Assembly: GCA_050953885.1 (NCBI GenBank) | Contig: JBMNNJ010000001.1 | Span: 207,437-271,436, forward strand | DNA length: 64,000 nucleotides | DNA from: Patescibacteria group bacterium | GTDB lineage: Bacteria > Patescibacteriota > Microgenomatia > 0-14-0-10-38-17 | Reading direction: 5' to 3' | In this document: piece after piece, positions 49,319 to 60,350 of the stretch | Layout: each line of letters begins with the position of its first letter | How positions within the stretch are numbered: position 1 is the first letter of the stretch | The notes under the pieces: generated by a model | Seen by the model: the letters and a program-made list of their open reading frames with translations, nothing else | Told to the model about the DNA's origin: nothing | Databases searched by the model: none | Position numbers and translations under genes: made by a program

Positions 49319-50639
49319 TTTCTCACCCGTAATCGGCTTGGAAATCCATTTGGAGCTGACCACGGCCAGCAAGATGTTTTGCCCCTGCCCGGCCGATCAT
49401 TTTGGCAAAGAGCCTAACACTCAAACCTGCCCGGTTTGTCTTGGCCTGCCCGGCGCCTTGCCCGTACCCAACAAAGAAGCGATTCGTCGCACCCTGCTTT
49501 TGGCCCTTGCCTTAAATTGCCAAATTAATACCCATACTTGGTTTGACCGCAAAAATTACTTTTACCCTGACCTGCCTAAAGGCTATCAGATTAGCCAATT
49601 TTTCAAGCCCTTAGGGATAAACGGTCAATTAGCCCTTTCCTCGGGAAAGAAAATTAACATCCGCGAAATCCATTTGGAAGAAGACACCGCCAAATCTCTC
49701 CATCGCGACGGCCACACCCTGCTTGACTTTAATAAATCGGGGGTTCCTTTAGTGGAAATTGTCAGCGAGCCGGATTTGGCCTCGGCCGAAGAGGCAGTTG
49801 ATTACGCCAAAACTCTCCATACTCTGATAAGAAAAATTAAAATCAGTCCGGCCGATATGGAAAAAGGGCAGTTAAGGCTGGAAGCTAATATTTCCTTAAA
49901 AAAAGATCCTCAAGACCCCTTGCCAAATTATAAAGTAGAGGTGAAAAACATCAACTCTTTTAAGTTTTTGAAAGACGCCATTACCTACGAAATTAAGCGG
50001 CAAAAAGAACTTCTTGAAAACAACAAGAAAATTATTCAGGAAACCCGGGGTTATGACGCCAAAAACAAGAAAACTTTTTCCCAACGGACTAAAGAAGAAG
50101 CTTATGAATACCGTTATTTCCCCGAACCGGACATTCCCCCATTAAATCTTGAAGAGGTTTTTGACTTTGACAAGCTTAAGGAAGAAATTCCCGAACTGCC
50201 CGAGCAAACAATAAGGCGGTTGGAGACCGATTATCAATTAGCCGCTGCCGACGCGCAAATTTTCTCAAAAAGCAAAAAGGCTCTTGATTATTTTGAAAAA
50301 GCGGTGAAATTTGGCCAAAAGGAAAATATCGGTCCCCAAGAAATCGCCAACACCATCATTAATAAGCGCCTCCCTTGGGAAAAGCTTTCTCCCCAAGAGC
50401 TAATTTTAAAAATTAAAAGCCAAAAAGAGCAGGAGTTGGTGGGGGGAGGGGAATTGGCAAGCATCATTAACCAAGTGCTTGCCAAAAATCCCCAGGCGGT
50501 GGCCGATTTTAAAAAAGGAAAGGAAAACGCTCTCGGCTTTTTAATCGGCCAGGTGCAAAAAGAAACTAAGGGAAAGGCCGATGTCCGCCAGGCGCAAGAG
50601 ATGCTAAGACGCGAATTAACACGAATGAGAAGCGAATAG
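49284..50639 (+). CDS. gatB: Asp/Glu-tRNA amidotransferase subunit B; likely true start ATG at 49302
   Basis: VIGLEIHLELTTASKMFC N-terminal motif, C-terminal GatB/YqeY tail GFLIGQVQKETKGKAD. Confidence 0.85.
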   Translation: MPNLKTMERKNNFSPVIGLEIHLELTTASKMFCPCPADHFGKEPNTQTCPVCLGLPGALPVPNKEAIRRTLLLALALNCQINTHTWFDRKNYFYPDLPKGYQISQFFKPLGINGQLALSSGKKINIREIHLEEDTAKSLHRDGHTLLDFNKSGVPLVEIVSEPDLASAEEAVDYAKTLHTLIRKIKISPADMEKGQLRLEANISLKKDPQDPLPNYKVEVKNINSFKFLKDAITYEIKRQKELLENNKKIIQETRGYDAKNKKTFSQRTKEEAYEYRYFPEPDIPPLNLEEVFDFDKLKEEIPELPEQTIRRLETDYQLAAADAQIFSKSKKALDYFEKAVKFGQKENIGPQEIANTIINKRLPWEKLSPQELILKIKSQKEQELVGGGELASIINQVLAKNPQAVADFKKGKENALGFLIGQVQKETKGKADVRQAQEMLRRELTRMRSE

Positions 50640-51180
50640 ACGCGAATGAGCGAATAACTGGCGCAAAAATAATTCAAAAGGCAAAAGTCAAAATTCAAAA
50701 TTGCAAGTCAAAAGTTAAAAGTTTTTTGCTCTACTTTTGAACTTTAACTTGTACTTTTGACTTTTGAATTTTGACTTTTAACTTTTAGTTATTCGATTCT
50801 CTCCGCTACGCTGGCAGACAGAATCATATTTTTCCCGGGGTTTGAAGCTAATCAACTCCGGGGGTTAAATAGCTTCAAACCTTGGGATTTTTGAATTTAA
50901 TTCAGGAATGACGGTTGCGATTAGCGTCATTCTGAACTTGATTCAGAATCGTTATTGTTATTAATGTCTAAAGACACAGATCCTGACTTTCGTCAGGATG
51001 ACGGACGGGGCGGTTACAGGTTCTGACTTTCGTCAGGTGACGGCCACGATCAGCGTCATTCTGAACTTGATTCAGAATCGTTATTGTTATTAATGTCAGA
51101 AAACGCAGATCCTGACTTTCGTCAGGATGACAGTTACGGAACTACAGGAATAATCCTGTCCGCCAGTTGGCGGATGGCGT
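50620..51180. repeat. composite repeat array (CGAAT unit overlapping the gatB 3' end, 130-bp AAAGT/CAAAA inverted-repeat tract, family C unit, hairpin cluster)
   Basis: Same modules as the other arrays. 50670-50790 is itself a near-palindrome. Confidence 0.8.
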
Positions 51181-51267
51181 TTTTTATTACGCATTGCCCA
51201 TTACCCATTACAAGTTACGCCTTATTCCCCCAACACCAGAAGATAATGCTATACTAAGAAAGAGGGT

Positions 51268-54200
51268 ATGTCTTCGCCGAAAAACAACACACCAGAATTC
51301 GTCCATCTTCATGTCCACAGCGAGTATTCCCTGCTTGACGGTTTGTCAAAAATTGAAAAATTAGTCGGTAAAACCAAAGAGCTGGGGATGAACGCCGTTG
51401 CCTTAACCGACCACGGCGTCATGTATGGGGCGATTAAATTTTATAACGCCTGCCGTCAGGCGGGAATTAAGCCGATTATCGGGTGCGAAATGTATCTTAC
51501 CCCCAAATCGCGTTTTGAAAAAAGCGGCGGCGCGCAGGAAGGAAAAGAGCTTTACCATCTCTTGGTTTTGGCCAAAAATTACGAGGGTTACCAAAACCTA
51601 ATGCAACTGGTAACTCGGGCGCATTTGGAGGGGTTTTATTATAAACCCCGCCTTGACTGGGAGCTTTTGGAAAAATATCACCAAGGCCTGGTGGTCACCA
51701 CCGCTTGCCTACAGGGAATTCTTCCTTCTCTTTTATTGGGAAACCGCGAAGAAGAAGCGCGGGCAGCGGCCCAAAAATTATGGGAAATTTTTGGCGACGA
51801 TTTTTATTTGGAGCTTCAAGATCATCCTAAAATTACCGACCAGAAAAAAGCCAACCGGCTTTTAGTCAAGCTCTCCCGCGAAATTGGCCTGCCGCTTTTG
51901 GCCACCAACGACAGCCATTATCTTAATCCCGAAGACGCCCAAGCCCAAGACGCTCTTTTGGCCATCGGCACCCAAAAAAAAATTAACGACCCCAAGAGGC
52001 TTTCCATGCTTGACTCCCCCGATTTTTATCTTAAGTCCCCGCAGGAAATGGCGACGGCTTTTGCGGATTACCCCGAGGCGATTACCAACACCGTTGCCGT
52101 GGCCCAAAAATGCCAGCTGGAAATTCCCTTGGGTCAAAAAATTTATCCCTCTTTCCCTTTGCCGGCAGGGAAAACTGCCCCCCAATATCTTAAAGATTTG
52201 GTTTGGGAACGAGCGCCCAGGCGTTACCCGAAAATTACCTCCGAAATTAAAGAAAGAATTAATTATGAACTGGAAATTATTATTAAAATGGGTTATGCCG
52301 AATATTTTTTAATTGTTCAGGATTATGTTAACTGGGCCAAAGCACAGGGAATAAGAGTCGGCCCGGGGCGGGGCAGCGGCGCCGGTTCCATCGTTGCTTT
52401 TATTTTAAGAATTACCTCCATTGACCCTCTCGAACACCATCTTCCTTTCGAGCGCTTTTTAAACCCCGAACGCCAATCAACTCCCGATTTTGATATCGAC
52501 TTTTCCGACGACCGCCGCGACGAGGTGATTGAGTATGTTCGCCAAAAGTATGGCGAGGACCGCGTGGCCAACATTATCACCTTTGGCACTATTGAGGCCC
52601 GCATGGCGGTGCGCGACATTGCCCGGGTGCTTGATTATCCTTATGCCACCGGCGATCGCCTGGCCAAAATGATCCCCGCCGAAGCAGGCAGAAAAACAAG
52701 TTTGGATGAAGCCCTCAAGCTTAACCCCGAACTGGCCCTGGCTTATAAAACCGAAAAAGAAACTCGGCAGATTATTGATTTGGCCAAGGGGATCACCGGT
52801 GTGGCTCGCCACGCTTCCACCCATGCCGCCGGGGTGGTTATCGGCGATAAACCTTTAGTCTGCTATACCCCTTTGCAAAAAGAAAGCCGAGGAGAGCGGA
52901 TTACCACCCAATACGACATGTATTCTTTAGATTTAAATGTGGCCGACGATGCCATTGGTCTTTTAAAAATGGACTTCTTGGGATTGCGCAATTTAACCAT
53001 TCTGGAAAAGGCGATTGATTTTGTTGAAAAAACAGAAGGGGAAAAAGTTGATATTTCCGAAATTCCTTTAGATGATAAAAAAGTTTACGAGATGATTTCG
53101 CGGGGCGAAACTACCGGTGTTTTCCAGCTTGAAAGCGAGGGAATGCGACGTTTGGCCCGCAATCTTCAGCCTTCGCGTTTTTCCGACCTTTCCGCCATGG
53201 TCGCTCTTTTCCGCCCGGGGCCAATGCAGTTTATCGACGATTTTGTTAACCGCAAGAAAAACCCCCGCCTGATTGACTACCCTCATCCCGACCTGCGACC
53301 AATTTTGGAGGAAACTTACGGCATTATCGTTTATCAAGAACAGGTGTTGCAAATTGCTCACGAGATGGCCGGTTTTTCCCTGGGCCGGGCGGATATTTTG
53401 CGCCGGGCAATGGGCAAGAAAAAAGCCTCGCTCATGGCTAAAGAAAAAGAGGATTTTATTAAGGGTTGCGTGGCCAAGGGGTATCCCAAAAAAACGGCCG
53501 AGCAGGTTTATTCTTTTATCGAAAAATTCGCCCAGTACGGCTTTAATAAAGCCCATTCCGCTTCTTACGCGATGATTGCCTACCAAACCGCGTGGATGAA
53601 AACCCACTATCCGGTAGAATTCACCGCCGCCCTTCTTTCCACTGAAAGCGACAAATCGGAAAAGAGGCTGGTCTTGGCCATTGATGAATGCCGGCGGATG
53701 GGCATTAAAATTCTTCCTCCCGATATTAACATCTCCCAGGCCGCCTTTACAATCGAAAAAAGCCCCGACTCACTTGAGGGAAAAACGATCCGCTTTGGCC
53801 TTTCGGCGATTAAAAACGTCGGCGAGGCGGCGATTGAGGCGATTTTGAAAGAACGAGAAAAAGGAGAATTTAGTTCGCTAACCGATTTTTGCCTGCGCGT
53901 TGATACCCAAAAAGTTAATAAAAAAGTTTTGGAAAGTTTAATTAAAGCCGGCGCCATGGATCGCTTCGGCAAAAGAGCCGCCCTTTTAACGGCGCTGGAA
54001 GAGATTAGAAAACGGGGTGAGCAAGAGCAAAAAAACCGCCTTAATCATCAGGCCAGTCTTTTTGGTCAGGAAGAAGCGGTAAAAATTACCCGCGACAAAT
54101 TGCCGCCGGTGGCCGAATTTTCCCCGCAGGAGATTAAAAAATTTGAAGAAGAACTTTTGGGATTTTCCCTAAATGGCGGCCCTCTTTGGGATAAAAATTT

Positions 54201-54768
54201 AGCCCAAAAATTTGACCAGAAAATTGCCGATGTTTTAGGGCTGCCGGCGGGAAGCCGGGCCAAAATTTTAGGGGTTATTGATCAGGCAAGAACGGTTTTT
54301 ACCCGCAACGGCAATCACGAAATGGCTTTTTTAAAAATTGTTGATGAAACCGGCCAAATTGAGGCGGTGGTTTTCCCCAAAATTTTTGCCGAAACGCGCG
54401 AAAAACTGGTTGCCGGTCAGGCGGTGGCTTTGGTCGGAAAGCTGGATGAACGCGAGGAAGAAAAGTCCTTTCTGGTTGATAAAGTCTACTCTCTTGATGA
54501 GGCAAAGAAAAATTTTCTCAACGGCGAGGAAGACTATGATTTTACCATTATTATCCCCGAGAAAACCCGCCCTCAAGAACTGATGTCCTTAAACAAACTT
54601 CTTAAAACTCATCCGGGAGAAAAAAAGGGGCTTTTAATTTTTCAACAAAAAAATGGGGAAAAGTCTTTAGCCCTTAACTTTGGGGTTGACTTCACTTCCA
54701 CTTTAGAGGGAAAAATTCAAGAATTGTTAAATACCAATTCCTCTGCTATAATAAACGCCAATGACTAA
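51268..54768 (+). CDS. dnaE: DNA polymerase III alpha subunit DnaE
   Basis: PHP domain [15 protein letters not shown], polymerase core, OB domain, 1166 aa. Confidence 0.95.
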   Translation: MSSPKNNTPEFVHLHVHSEYSLLDGLSKIEKLVGKTKELGMNAVALTDHGVMYGAIKFYNACRQAGIKPIIGCEMYLTPKSRFEKSGGAQEGKELYHLLVLAKNYEGYQNLMQLVTRAHLEGFYYKPRLDWELLEKYHQGLVVTTACLQGILPSLLLGNREEEARAAAQKLWEIFGDDFYLELQDHPKITDQKKANRLLVKLSREIGLPLLATNDSHYLNPEDAQAQDALLAIGTQKKINDPKRLSMLDSPDFYLKSPQEMATAFADYPEAITNTVAVAQKCQLEIPLGQKIYPSFPLPAGKTAPQYLKDLVWERAPRRYPKITSEIKERINYELEIIIKMGYAEYFLIVQDYVNWAKAQGIRVGPGRGSGAGSIVAFILRITSIDPLEHHLPFERFLNPERQSTPDFDIDFSDDRRDEVIEYVRQKYGEDRVANIITFGTIEARMAVRDIARVLDYPYATGDRLAKMIPAEAGRKTSLDEALKLNPELALAYKTEKETRQIIDLAKGITGVARHASTHAAGVVIGDKPLVCYTPLQKESRGERITTQYDMYSLDLNVADDAIGLLKMDFLGLRNLTILEKAIDFVEKTEGEKVDISEIPLDDKKVYEMISRGETTGVFQLESEGMRRLARNLQPSRFSDLSAMVALFRPGPMQFIDDFVNRKKNPRLIDYPHPDLRPILEETYGIIVYQEQVLQIAHEMAGFSLGRADILRRAMGKKKASLMAKEKEDFIKGCVAKGYPKKTAEQVYSFIEKFAQYGFNKAHSASYAMIAYQTAWMKTHYPVEFTAALLSTESDKSEKRLVLAIDECRRMGIKILPPDINISQAAFTIEKSPDSLEGKTIRFGLSAIKNVGEAAIEAILKEREKGEFSSLTDFCLRVDTQKVNKKVLESLIKAGAMDRFGKRAALLTALEEIRKRGEQEQKNRLNHQASLFGQEEAVKITRDKLPPVAEFSPQEIKKFEEELLGFSLNGGPLWDKNLAQKFDQKIADVLGLPAGSRAKILGVIDQARTVFTRNGNHEMAFLKIVDETGQIEAVVFPKIFAETREKLVAGQAVALVGKLDEREEEKSFLVDKVYSLDEAKKNFLNGEEDYDFTIIIPEKTRPQELMSLNKLLKTHPGEKKGLLIFQQKNGEKSLALNFGVDFTSTLEGKIQELLNTNSSAIINAND

Positions 54769-55099
54769 AACCAAAAAAGTGGAAATTCCAGAAAAAAGCG
54801 AAGAAAAAGTAGAAAGGGAAGAACCAAGGGTAGGGGAGACAGTTCGAGTTTACTTTAAGATACGGGAAAAGGGCGATAAAACGCGGGAAACCTTCTTTGA
54901 AGGCGATTTAATCGCCAAAAAGGGGCAGGGGAATGGGAAAACAATCACGGTGCGGCGCATCGGTAGCAACAAAATTGCCATCGAAAGAATTTTTCCTCTT
55001 TACTCGCCTTTAATCACTAAAATCGAAACAAAAAGCAAGCCTAAAAAAAGGACACGACGGGCCAAGCTTTACTACCAACGCCAAGCTTATAATAAATAA
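54761..55099 (+). CDS. rplS: ribosomal protein bL19
   Basis: [11 protein letters not shown]...[10 protein letters not shown]...[11 protein letters not shown]19 signature. Confidence 0.85.
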   Translation: MTKTKKVEIPEKSEEKVEREEPRVGETVRVYFKIREKGDKTRETFFEGDLIAKKGQGNGKTITVRRIGSNKIAIERIFPLYSPLITKIETKSKPKKRTRRAKLYYQRQAYNK

Positions 55100-55171
55100 G
55101 CAGCAAAGGACATACTTAATGCCATCCTGGACTTGATTCAGGATCTTAAAAGATGCTGAATTAAATTCAGC

Positions 55172-55552
55172 ATGACAAATAGAGTCTTGCCCCCAGATCG
55201 ACATCGGATAGGCCAGAGAGGAGAAACCTTGGCCGCTGGCTTTCTTCAAAAACAAGGTTACCGGATTTTGGAAAGAAACTTTCGCGTCAAAGGGGGAGAA
55301 ATTGACATTATTGCCCAAGAAAAAAATAGCCTGGTTTTTGTGGAAGTTAAGGCGCGGCAAGATGATTCTTTTGGCCGGCCGGAGGAGGCCATTAACCCCC
55401 AAAAAATCGCCACCATTATGAGGGTGGGCGAATATTATGCTTCCTGCCATCCCGAACTGCCCCAAGAATTACGAGTGGATGTTTTGGCCATTAACAAGGA
55501 AAACGGCCAAATTTCTTTTCGCTTATATCGCGATATTCACAAGGACTTGTAA
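55172..55552 (+). CDS. yraN: YraN/UPF0102-family endonuclease
   Basis: GQRGETLAAGFLQKQGYRILERNFR...GEIDIIAQE...VFVEVKAR motif. Confidence 0.8.
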   Translation: MTNRVLPPDRHRIGQRGETLAAGFLQKQGYRILERNFRVKGGEIDIIAQEKNSLVFVEVKARQDDSFGRPEEAINPQKIATIMRVGEYYASCHPELPQELRVDVLAINKENGQISFRLYRDIHKDL

Positions 55553-55659
55553 GCTAAATCTCAAAACGCAAATGGCAAAACTACATGGTAAATCTAAAAA
55601 CTTTTTTAAAATTTGTTTTTCAGATTTGAGTTTTAAGTTGTAGATTTGAGATTTGAGTT

Positions 55660-56892
55660 TTGAGATTTAAATTTTTTTTATTTTTTATGCCCTATCGTCC
55701 TCCCGAGAAAATTTTAGAAAAATACGCCCAGGTTTTGGTTAACTTTGCCCTAAATAATGGTCAAGGGATAAAAAAGGGGGAGGTGGTTTTTCTCCAAGTT
55801 TCCGAAGCGGCTAAACCACTGCTTATTCATTTAAGACGCCAAGCGCTTTTGGCCGGCGCTTACCCGATTATTCAATATTTGCCCGAAGGGCTGGAGCGTG
55901 AATTTTACGAATTGGCTAAAAAAGACCAGCTTATTTTTTTCCCCAAAAAATATCTTAAGGGGATAGTGGAACAAGCCGACCATTTCATCAGCGTTTTATC
56001 GGAAACCAATAAATACGAGCTTGAAGGAATTGCGCCCCAAAAAATTCTCCAGCGAAGCCGGGCTTTTGCTCCCTATAAACGCTGGCGGGAGGAAAAAGAA
56101 GGCCGGGGAAAACTCTCCTGGACGCTCGCTCTTTACGCCACGCCGGCAGAAGCCAAGGAAGCCGGCCTTACCTTAAAAGAATATTGGCAGCAAATTATCC
56201 GCGCTTGTTTCCTAGACTTTCCCGACCCGGTCAAAAAGTGGCGGGAAGTTTTTGCCCAAATTGAGCAAACCAAAAATCGCCTTAACCAACTGGCAATTGA
56301 AGAAATTGAAGTTAAGGCCAAAGATACTAATTTGACCATCGGTATTGGCGCCAATCGCCAATGGAGAGGCGGCTCGGGCACCAATATCCCCAGCTTTGAA
56401 ATTTTCACCGCCCCCAACTGTCGGCTGATTAACGGTAAGGTTTATTTTAACCAGCCGCTTTATGTTTTTGGCCAGCTTATTAAAGACATTTATTTGGAAT
56501 TTAAAAACGGCCGGGTGGTTTTGGCCCAAGCCCAAAGAGGCCAAAAGGCGCTTGAAGAAATTATTAAAACCCCGGGCGCCAATAGAGTAGGGGAGTTTTC
56601 CTTAACCGACGGCCGCCTTTCGCGCATTACCCATTTCATGGCGGAAACACTTTATGATGAGAATCGGGGCGGCCGAAACGGTAATTTTCATCTTGCTCTG
56701 GGCTCGGCTTATCAGGAATGCTATCAGGGGAGCAACAAGGAAAAATTAAAAGCAAAAGATTGGCAAAAGTTAGGCTTTAACCGCTCGCCTTTACATCTTG
56801 ATTTTGTTTCCACCCAAAACCGCGTCGTTACCGCCTGCCTTAAAAACGGCCGGAAGAAAATTATTTACCAAAACGGCCAGTTTAAAAAATGA
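55660..56892 (+). CDS. M29-family (AmpS/PepS-like) aminopeptidase
   Basis: N-terminal ILEKYAQVLVNFALN..., about 410 aa, metal-binding H/E/D pattern typical of M29. Confidence 0.65.
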   Translation: MRFKFFLFFMPYRPPEKILEKYAQVLVNFALNNGQGIKKGEVVFLQVSEAAKPLLIHLRRQALLAGAYPIIQYLPEGLEREFYELAKKDQLIFFPKKYLKGIVEQADHFISVLSETNKYELEGIAPQKILQRSRAFAPYKRWREEKEGRGKLSWTLALYATPAEAKEAGLTLKEYWQQIIRACFLDFPDPVKKWREVFAQIEQTKNRLNQLAIEEIEVKAKDTNLTIGIGANRQWRGGSGTNIPSFEIFTAPNCRLINGKVYFNQPLYVFGQLIKDIYLEFKNGRVVLAQAQRGQKALEEIIKTPGANRVGEFSLTDGRLSRITHFMAETLYDENRGGRNGNFHLALGSAYQECYQGSNKEKLKAKDWQKLGFNRSPLHLDFVSTQNRVVTACLKNGRKKIIYQNGQFKK

Positions 56893-58190
56893 ACACCAAG
56901 CAAACCTTAGTTATTTTTGGTGCTAGCGGCGCCCTATCTCGGGAAAAGCTTTTTCCGGCTCTTTTAAGGTTGAACCAAGAAGGGGAAAGTTTCTCCCAAA
57001 TCATTGGTTTTGCCCGCACCCCCCTAACCACCAGAACTTTTATTAAAAGTCTAAAAAGCGCTTATTGTGGCAGGGAAGAAAAAAATCAGTTTTGGCAAAA
57101 AGTCTCTTATTTAAGCGGTTCGTACTCGCCCGAGGGAATTTCAAAACTTAAACCTTTTCTTGCCAAAAAGCCTGTTCTTTATTATTTTGCCCTGCCTGTT
57201 TCCCCCGATTTTATCATTCCCCTTATCAGCGGCTTAAAAAAAGAGGGTTTGCTTAAAGATAAGGACAAATTAATTTTAGAAAAACCGGTGGGCAAGAATC
57301 TTAAAGAGGCGCAGGAAATTATTAAATTCTTAAAAGCAACTGTTTGCTTAAAAAATGTTTACTTTATTGATCATTATCTTGGCAAAACCATGGTTCGCAA
57401 TATTATCGCTCTCCGTTTTGCCAACCCTATTTTTAAAAGTCTTTGGAACAACCAATTTTTGGAAAAAATTAACATTGATATTTTGGAAAAAGAAGGCATT
57501 GGCCGGCGGGGGCAATATTATGACCAAAGCGGCGCCATTCGCGATATTGTCCAAAACCACGGCCTGCAGCTTTTAAGCCTCATTGGTATGGACGAGCCCA
57601 GAAGCCTTGAGGAGCAGGAATTTTTTAAAAAACGCCGGGAGGTTTTACAAAAAGTTCGCCTCTTTGGGGGGAAATTTGCCGGCAATGTTAAAATTGGCCA
57701 ATACCAAGGTTATCAGAAAGAACCATATGTTGCCCCAAATTCTCTTACCGAAACCTACGCTTGCCTAAATTTGGAAATTAATTCCCCCAAAATGGCTGGC
57801 ATTCCCATCAAAATTACCACCGGAAAAAAATTGGCCCGAAAAAAAACGGTGATAGAAATTTATTTTAAAAAAGATTTTACCTGTTCTTGGCAAGGACAAT
57901 GCAATCGTCTTCTTTCCAATCGCCTGACGATTGATATTGCCTCACCGGCGATTTCCCTACAGCTTAACACCCGCTTTAAAAACAACCAGGCAATTCCCTC
58001 TCCAGAGGAGTTAAAAATAAAAATCGGTAATGATCAAGAAGATCCCTATCAGCAGGTTTTAAGCGATATTTTGGCAAACAGCCAATTTTCCTTTCCCCAA
58101 GCGGAGGATATTCTTTCCTCATGGCGTTTTATTGACCCTCTTCTTGCCAAAATCAATTCCCAAAGAAAGAGGATTTTAAAAATTTACTAA
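56889..58190 (+). CDS. zwf: glucose-6-phosphate 1-dehydrogenase
   Basis: N-terminal VIFGASGALSREKLFPAL Rossmann motif and IDHYLGK catalytic signature (RIDHYLGKE). Confidence 0.8.
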   Translation: MNTKQTLVIFGASGALSREKLFPALLRLNQEGESFSQIIGFARTPLTTRTFIKSLKSAYCGREEKNQFWQKVSYLSGSYSPEGISKLKPFLAKKPVLYYFALPVSPDFIIPLISGLKKEGLLKDKDKLILEKPVGKNLKEAQEIIKFLKATVCLKNVYFIDHYLGKTMVRNIIALRFANPIFKSLWNNQFLEKINIDILEKEGIGRRGQYYDQSGAIRDIVQNHGLQLLSLIGMDEPRSLEEQEFFKKRREVLQKVRLFGGKFAGNVKIGQYQGYQKEPYVAPNSLTETYACLNLEINSPKMAGIPIKITTGKKLARKKTVIEIYFKKDFTCSWQGQCNRLLSNRLTIDIASPAISLQLNTRFKNNQAIPSPEELKIKIGNDQEDPYQQVLSDILANSQFSFPQAEDILSSWRFIDPLLAKINSQRKRILKIY

Positions 58191-58294
58191 ACCAAATCGG
58201 CCCTTTTCCCGAGATTATAAGCTAATTAACCCCCAAGTTGATTAGCATATTTTGGCTTCCTCGTAGTTTTTCTAAGTGATTGCGAAAAATAAAT

Positions 58295-58380
58295 GCGGCT
58301 TACTGCTCGTAGTTCTTCGAAGCGTTAGCGAAGAAGAACGGAGTGTGGTTTACTGCTCGTAGTTCTTCGAAGAACGGAGT
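58295..58380. repeat. direct repeat of TTACTGCTCGTAGTTCTTCGAAG (2 copies about 60 bp apart)
   Basis: Read directly. Lies just upstream of the tandem tRNA-fragment units. Confidence 0.7.
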
Positions 58381-58382
58381 GC

Positions 58383-58660
58383 AGTAGCTCCAATGGGAAT
58401 CGAAGACGCGCCGATTATCATCATTTAGCCCGAAAATTCCCATCTCAGAATCACGATTCACCGGCGGAAGCCCTATTATTAGAGGTATTTGATGGGTTCG
58501 ATAAACCCATTGTCGCTACTTAGTAGCTCCAATGGGAATCGAAGACGCGCCGATTATCATCATTTAGCCCGAAAATTCCCATCTCAGAATCACGATTCAC
58601 CGGCGGAAGCCCTATTATTAGAGGTATTTGATGGGTTCGATAAACCCATTGTCGCTACTT
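58383..58660. repeat. two tandem 139-bp units, each starting with the 22-nt 3' end of tRNA-Glu (minus strand) followed by 117 bp of unrelated sequence
   Basis: Units 58383-58521 and 58522-58660 are essentially identical. The third occurrence of AGTAGCTCCAATGGGAATCGAA starts the intact tRNA. Confidence 0.85.
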
Positions 58661-58662
58661 AG

Positions 58663-58734
58663 TAGCTCCAATGGGAATCGAACCCATGTTACCACCTTGA
58701 AAGGGTGGTGTCCTAACCGTTAGACGATGGAGCC
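58663..58734 (-). tRNA. tRNA-Glu (anticodon UUC)
   Basis: Acceptor GGCTCCA/TGGAGCT (G1-U72), anticodon stem CCACC/GGTGG, loop CTTTCAA, T-arm TGGGTTCGATTCCCA. Confidence 0.85.
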
Positions 58735-58768
58735 AAGATAAAATGATTTTACCAAAAAAGAGAAAGAA

Positions 58769-59008
58769 ATGCCAACTTTACTATTAATAAAACCTATGGT
58801 ATTATTCATCTTTATGAATAAAGAAAAAAACCCACCAGAAGAAGGGCCTTTTTTTGGCACCACCGGCCCTTTTGGGACGGGTAAAAAATTTATGCTGGGA
58901 CTAACACCAGAAGATTTGGAAAGATTAATAGAAACTTACGGGAAAGGCGCTAAAGTGGCGGATGTCATTACCAGCGAAATTCTCAAAAAAGGTAACCGCC
59001 AAAACTAA
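58769..59008 (+). CDS. small hypothetical protein (may start at an internal Met)
   Basis: 79-aa ORF with a hydrophobic N-terminus. No motif. Weak support. Confidence 0.25.
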   Translation: MPTLLLIKPMVLFIFMNKEKNPPEEGPFFGTTGPFGTGKKFMLGLTPEDLERLIETYGKGAKVADVITSEILKKGNRQN

Positions 59009-59111
59009 ACCCTCTCGCCGCTTACCCCATTTCTCTTAAGCGCTCTAAAGAAAATCCCGAGGTTTGAAGCTATTTAACTCCGGGGGTTTGAAGCTAAAAA
59101 ATATTTCCTCC

Positions 59112-59828
59112 TCATTTCTCCCTTAAGTCGTTCCAAAAATGACGGAATTTTACTTTTGTCTTTTGCCAAGGAGTAATTTTACCACCCTCAACCGCCACAC
59201 GAAACTCGGTATAAAAACGAGATAAGTTTTTAACCAAGTATTTAAAAAGTTCGTCTTTTCCCTTCGTTTTGCCCCGGCAAATATGCTGATGGCAACCAAC
59301 GGCCACTGTAAAAGCCGGCAGGAAAAGATTAATCTCCTCCAAATCGGCAGAGGTTAAATCTCTCCCTTTCTCTCCTGATTCAAACTCCATCATTGCTCCT
59401 CTTGCCTCCAGTTTATCTTGGCGATATTCCTCGTAGCGCATTTTAATTAATTTCTCCCAATCGGCAAGATGTTTTTTCTCAATGCCAAGATTTTTAAGAT
59501 ATCCAACATGGGCTTTGGGAATTTCGTCTCGAACCATCAGCAAATAATCACGAAATTCTTCTGGCTGTCTTATGTCGGGCGCTTCTAAGGTAAGCATGAA
59601 AAGCGTCAGGGGAGCAATGATCAACTCATTGAAAATACGATCTTTTTCTAATTGTTCCCGCTTATCAAATTCCGCTAACTTTTGAAATTTTGGGTCGTTA
59701 AACACTTTCGCCACAAAACCAATCGCCCCCTGATCAAGCATCGCCGCCGTGGCTTTGGCCATTTTAGGCAAAGAATCTGCCGAAAAGTCTTCCTTTTCAA
59801 GTTGTTCAATTTCCTCTCGGGGCTCCAT
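59112..59828 (-). CDS. hypothetical protein
   Basis: Intact 238-aa ORF flanked by family C repeats. No confident motif. Confidence 0.45.
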   Translation of the reverse strand: MEPREEIEQLEKEDFSADSLPKMAKATAAMLDQGAIGFVAKVFNDPKFQKLAEFDKREQLEKDRIFNELIIAPLTLFMLTLEAPDIRQPEEFRDYLLMVRDEIPKAHVGYLKNLGIEKKHLADWEKLIKMRYEEYRQDKLEARGAMMEFESGEKGRDLTSADLEEINLFLPAFTVAVGCHQHICRGKTKGKDELFKYLVKNLSRFYTEFRVAVEGGKITPWQKTKVKFRHFWNDLREK

Positions 59829-60076
59829 TAACTTTATTTTAGCACCTCTTGTTGACAGCGTAAAATTTCAATATTTGGGCACTAAAAATCAAAAATCCCG
59901 AGGTTTGAAGGCTCGCTAACGCCGGGAGTTTGAAGCTAAAAAAATCCCGAGGTTTGAAGCTATTTAACGCCGGGAGTTGGAAGCTAATTTCCTTGCTCTT
60001 GATTGTCATCTTCCGATGTGCGAAAATAGAAAAAATCAAGAAAGGGAAGAACTCTCTTAAAAGGGGGTGAGAAAAA

Positions 60077-60340
60077 ATGGCGGATGTTAAAGTTGGTAAA
60101 ATCACTCATTATTACGATAAAATCGGCGTGGCGGTTTTGGCCGTGAACGAAGCGCCGCTTAAAACAGGAGAAACAATTAAAATTACCGACAATGAAGGCA
60201 ACGAACTTTTCACCCAAGAAGTTACCTCCATGCAGGTAGAGCATCAAAATATTCCTGAAGCTAAAGTAGGCGAAGAGGTGGGGCTTAAGGTGGAGCAAGA
60301 AGTAAAAGAAGGCGACGAGGTTTATAAAGTGACGGCTTAA
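60077..60340 (+). CDS. small EF-Tu-domain-2-like beta-barrel protein
   Basis: VGKITHYYDKIGVAVLAV...KTGETIKI... resembles the translation-factor beta-barrel domain. 87 aa. Confidence 0.4.
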   Translation: MADVKVGKITHYYDKIGVAVLAVNEAPLKTGETIKITDNEGNELFTQEVTSMQVEHQNIPEAKVGEEVGLKVEQEVKEGDEVYKVTA

Positions 60341-60350
60341 TTTTCTCTTT

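Noticed and set aside
51167-51364. 65-aa ORF overlapping the dnaE start
   Set aside because: Overlaps the well-supported dnaE N-terminus in another frame.
58383-58660. Possibility that the 139-bp units are intron-containing tRNA genes
   Set aside because: Only the 3' 22 nt (T-arm and acceptor half) of tRNA-Glu are present. No matching 5' acceptor strand or D-arm can be found in either unit.
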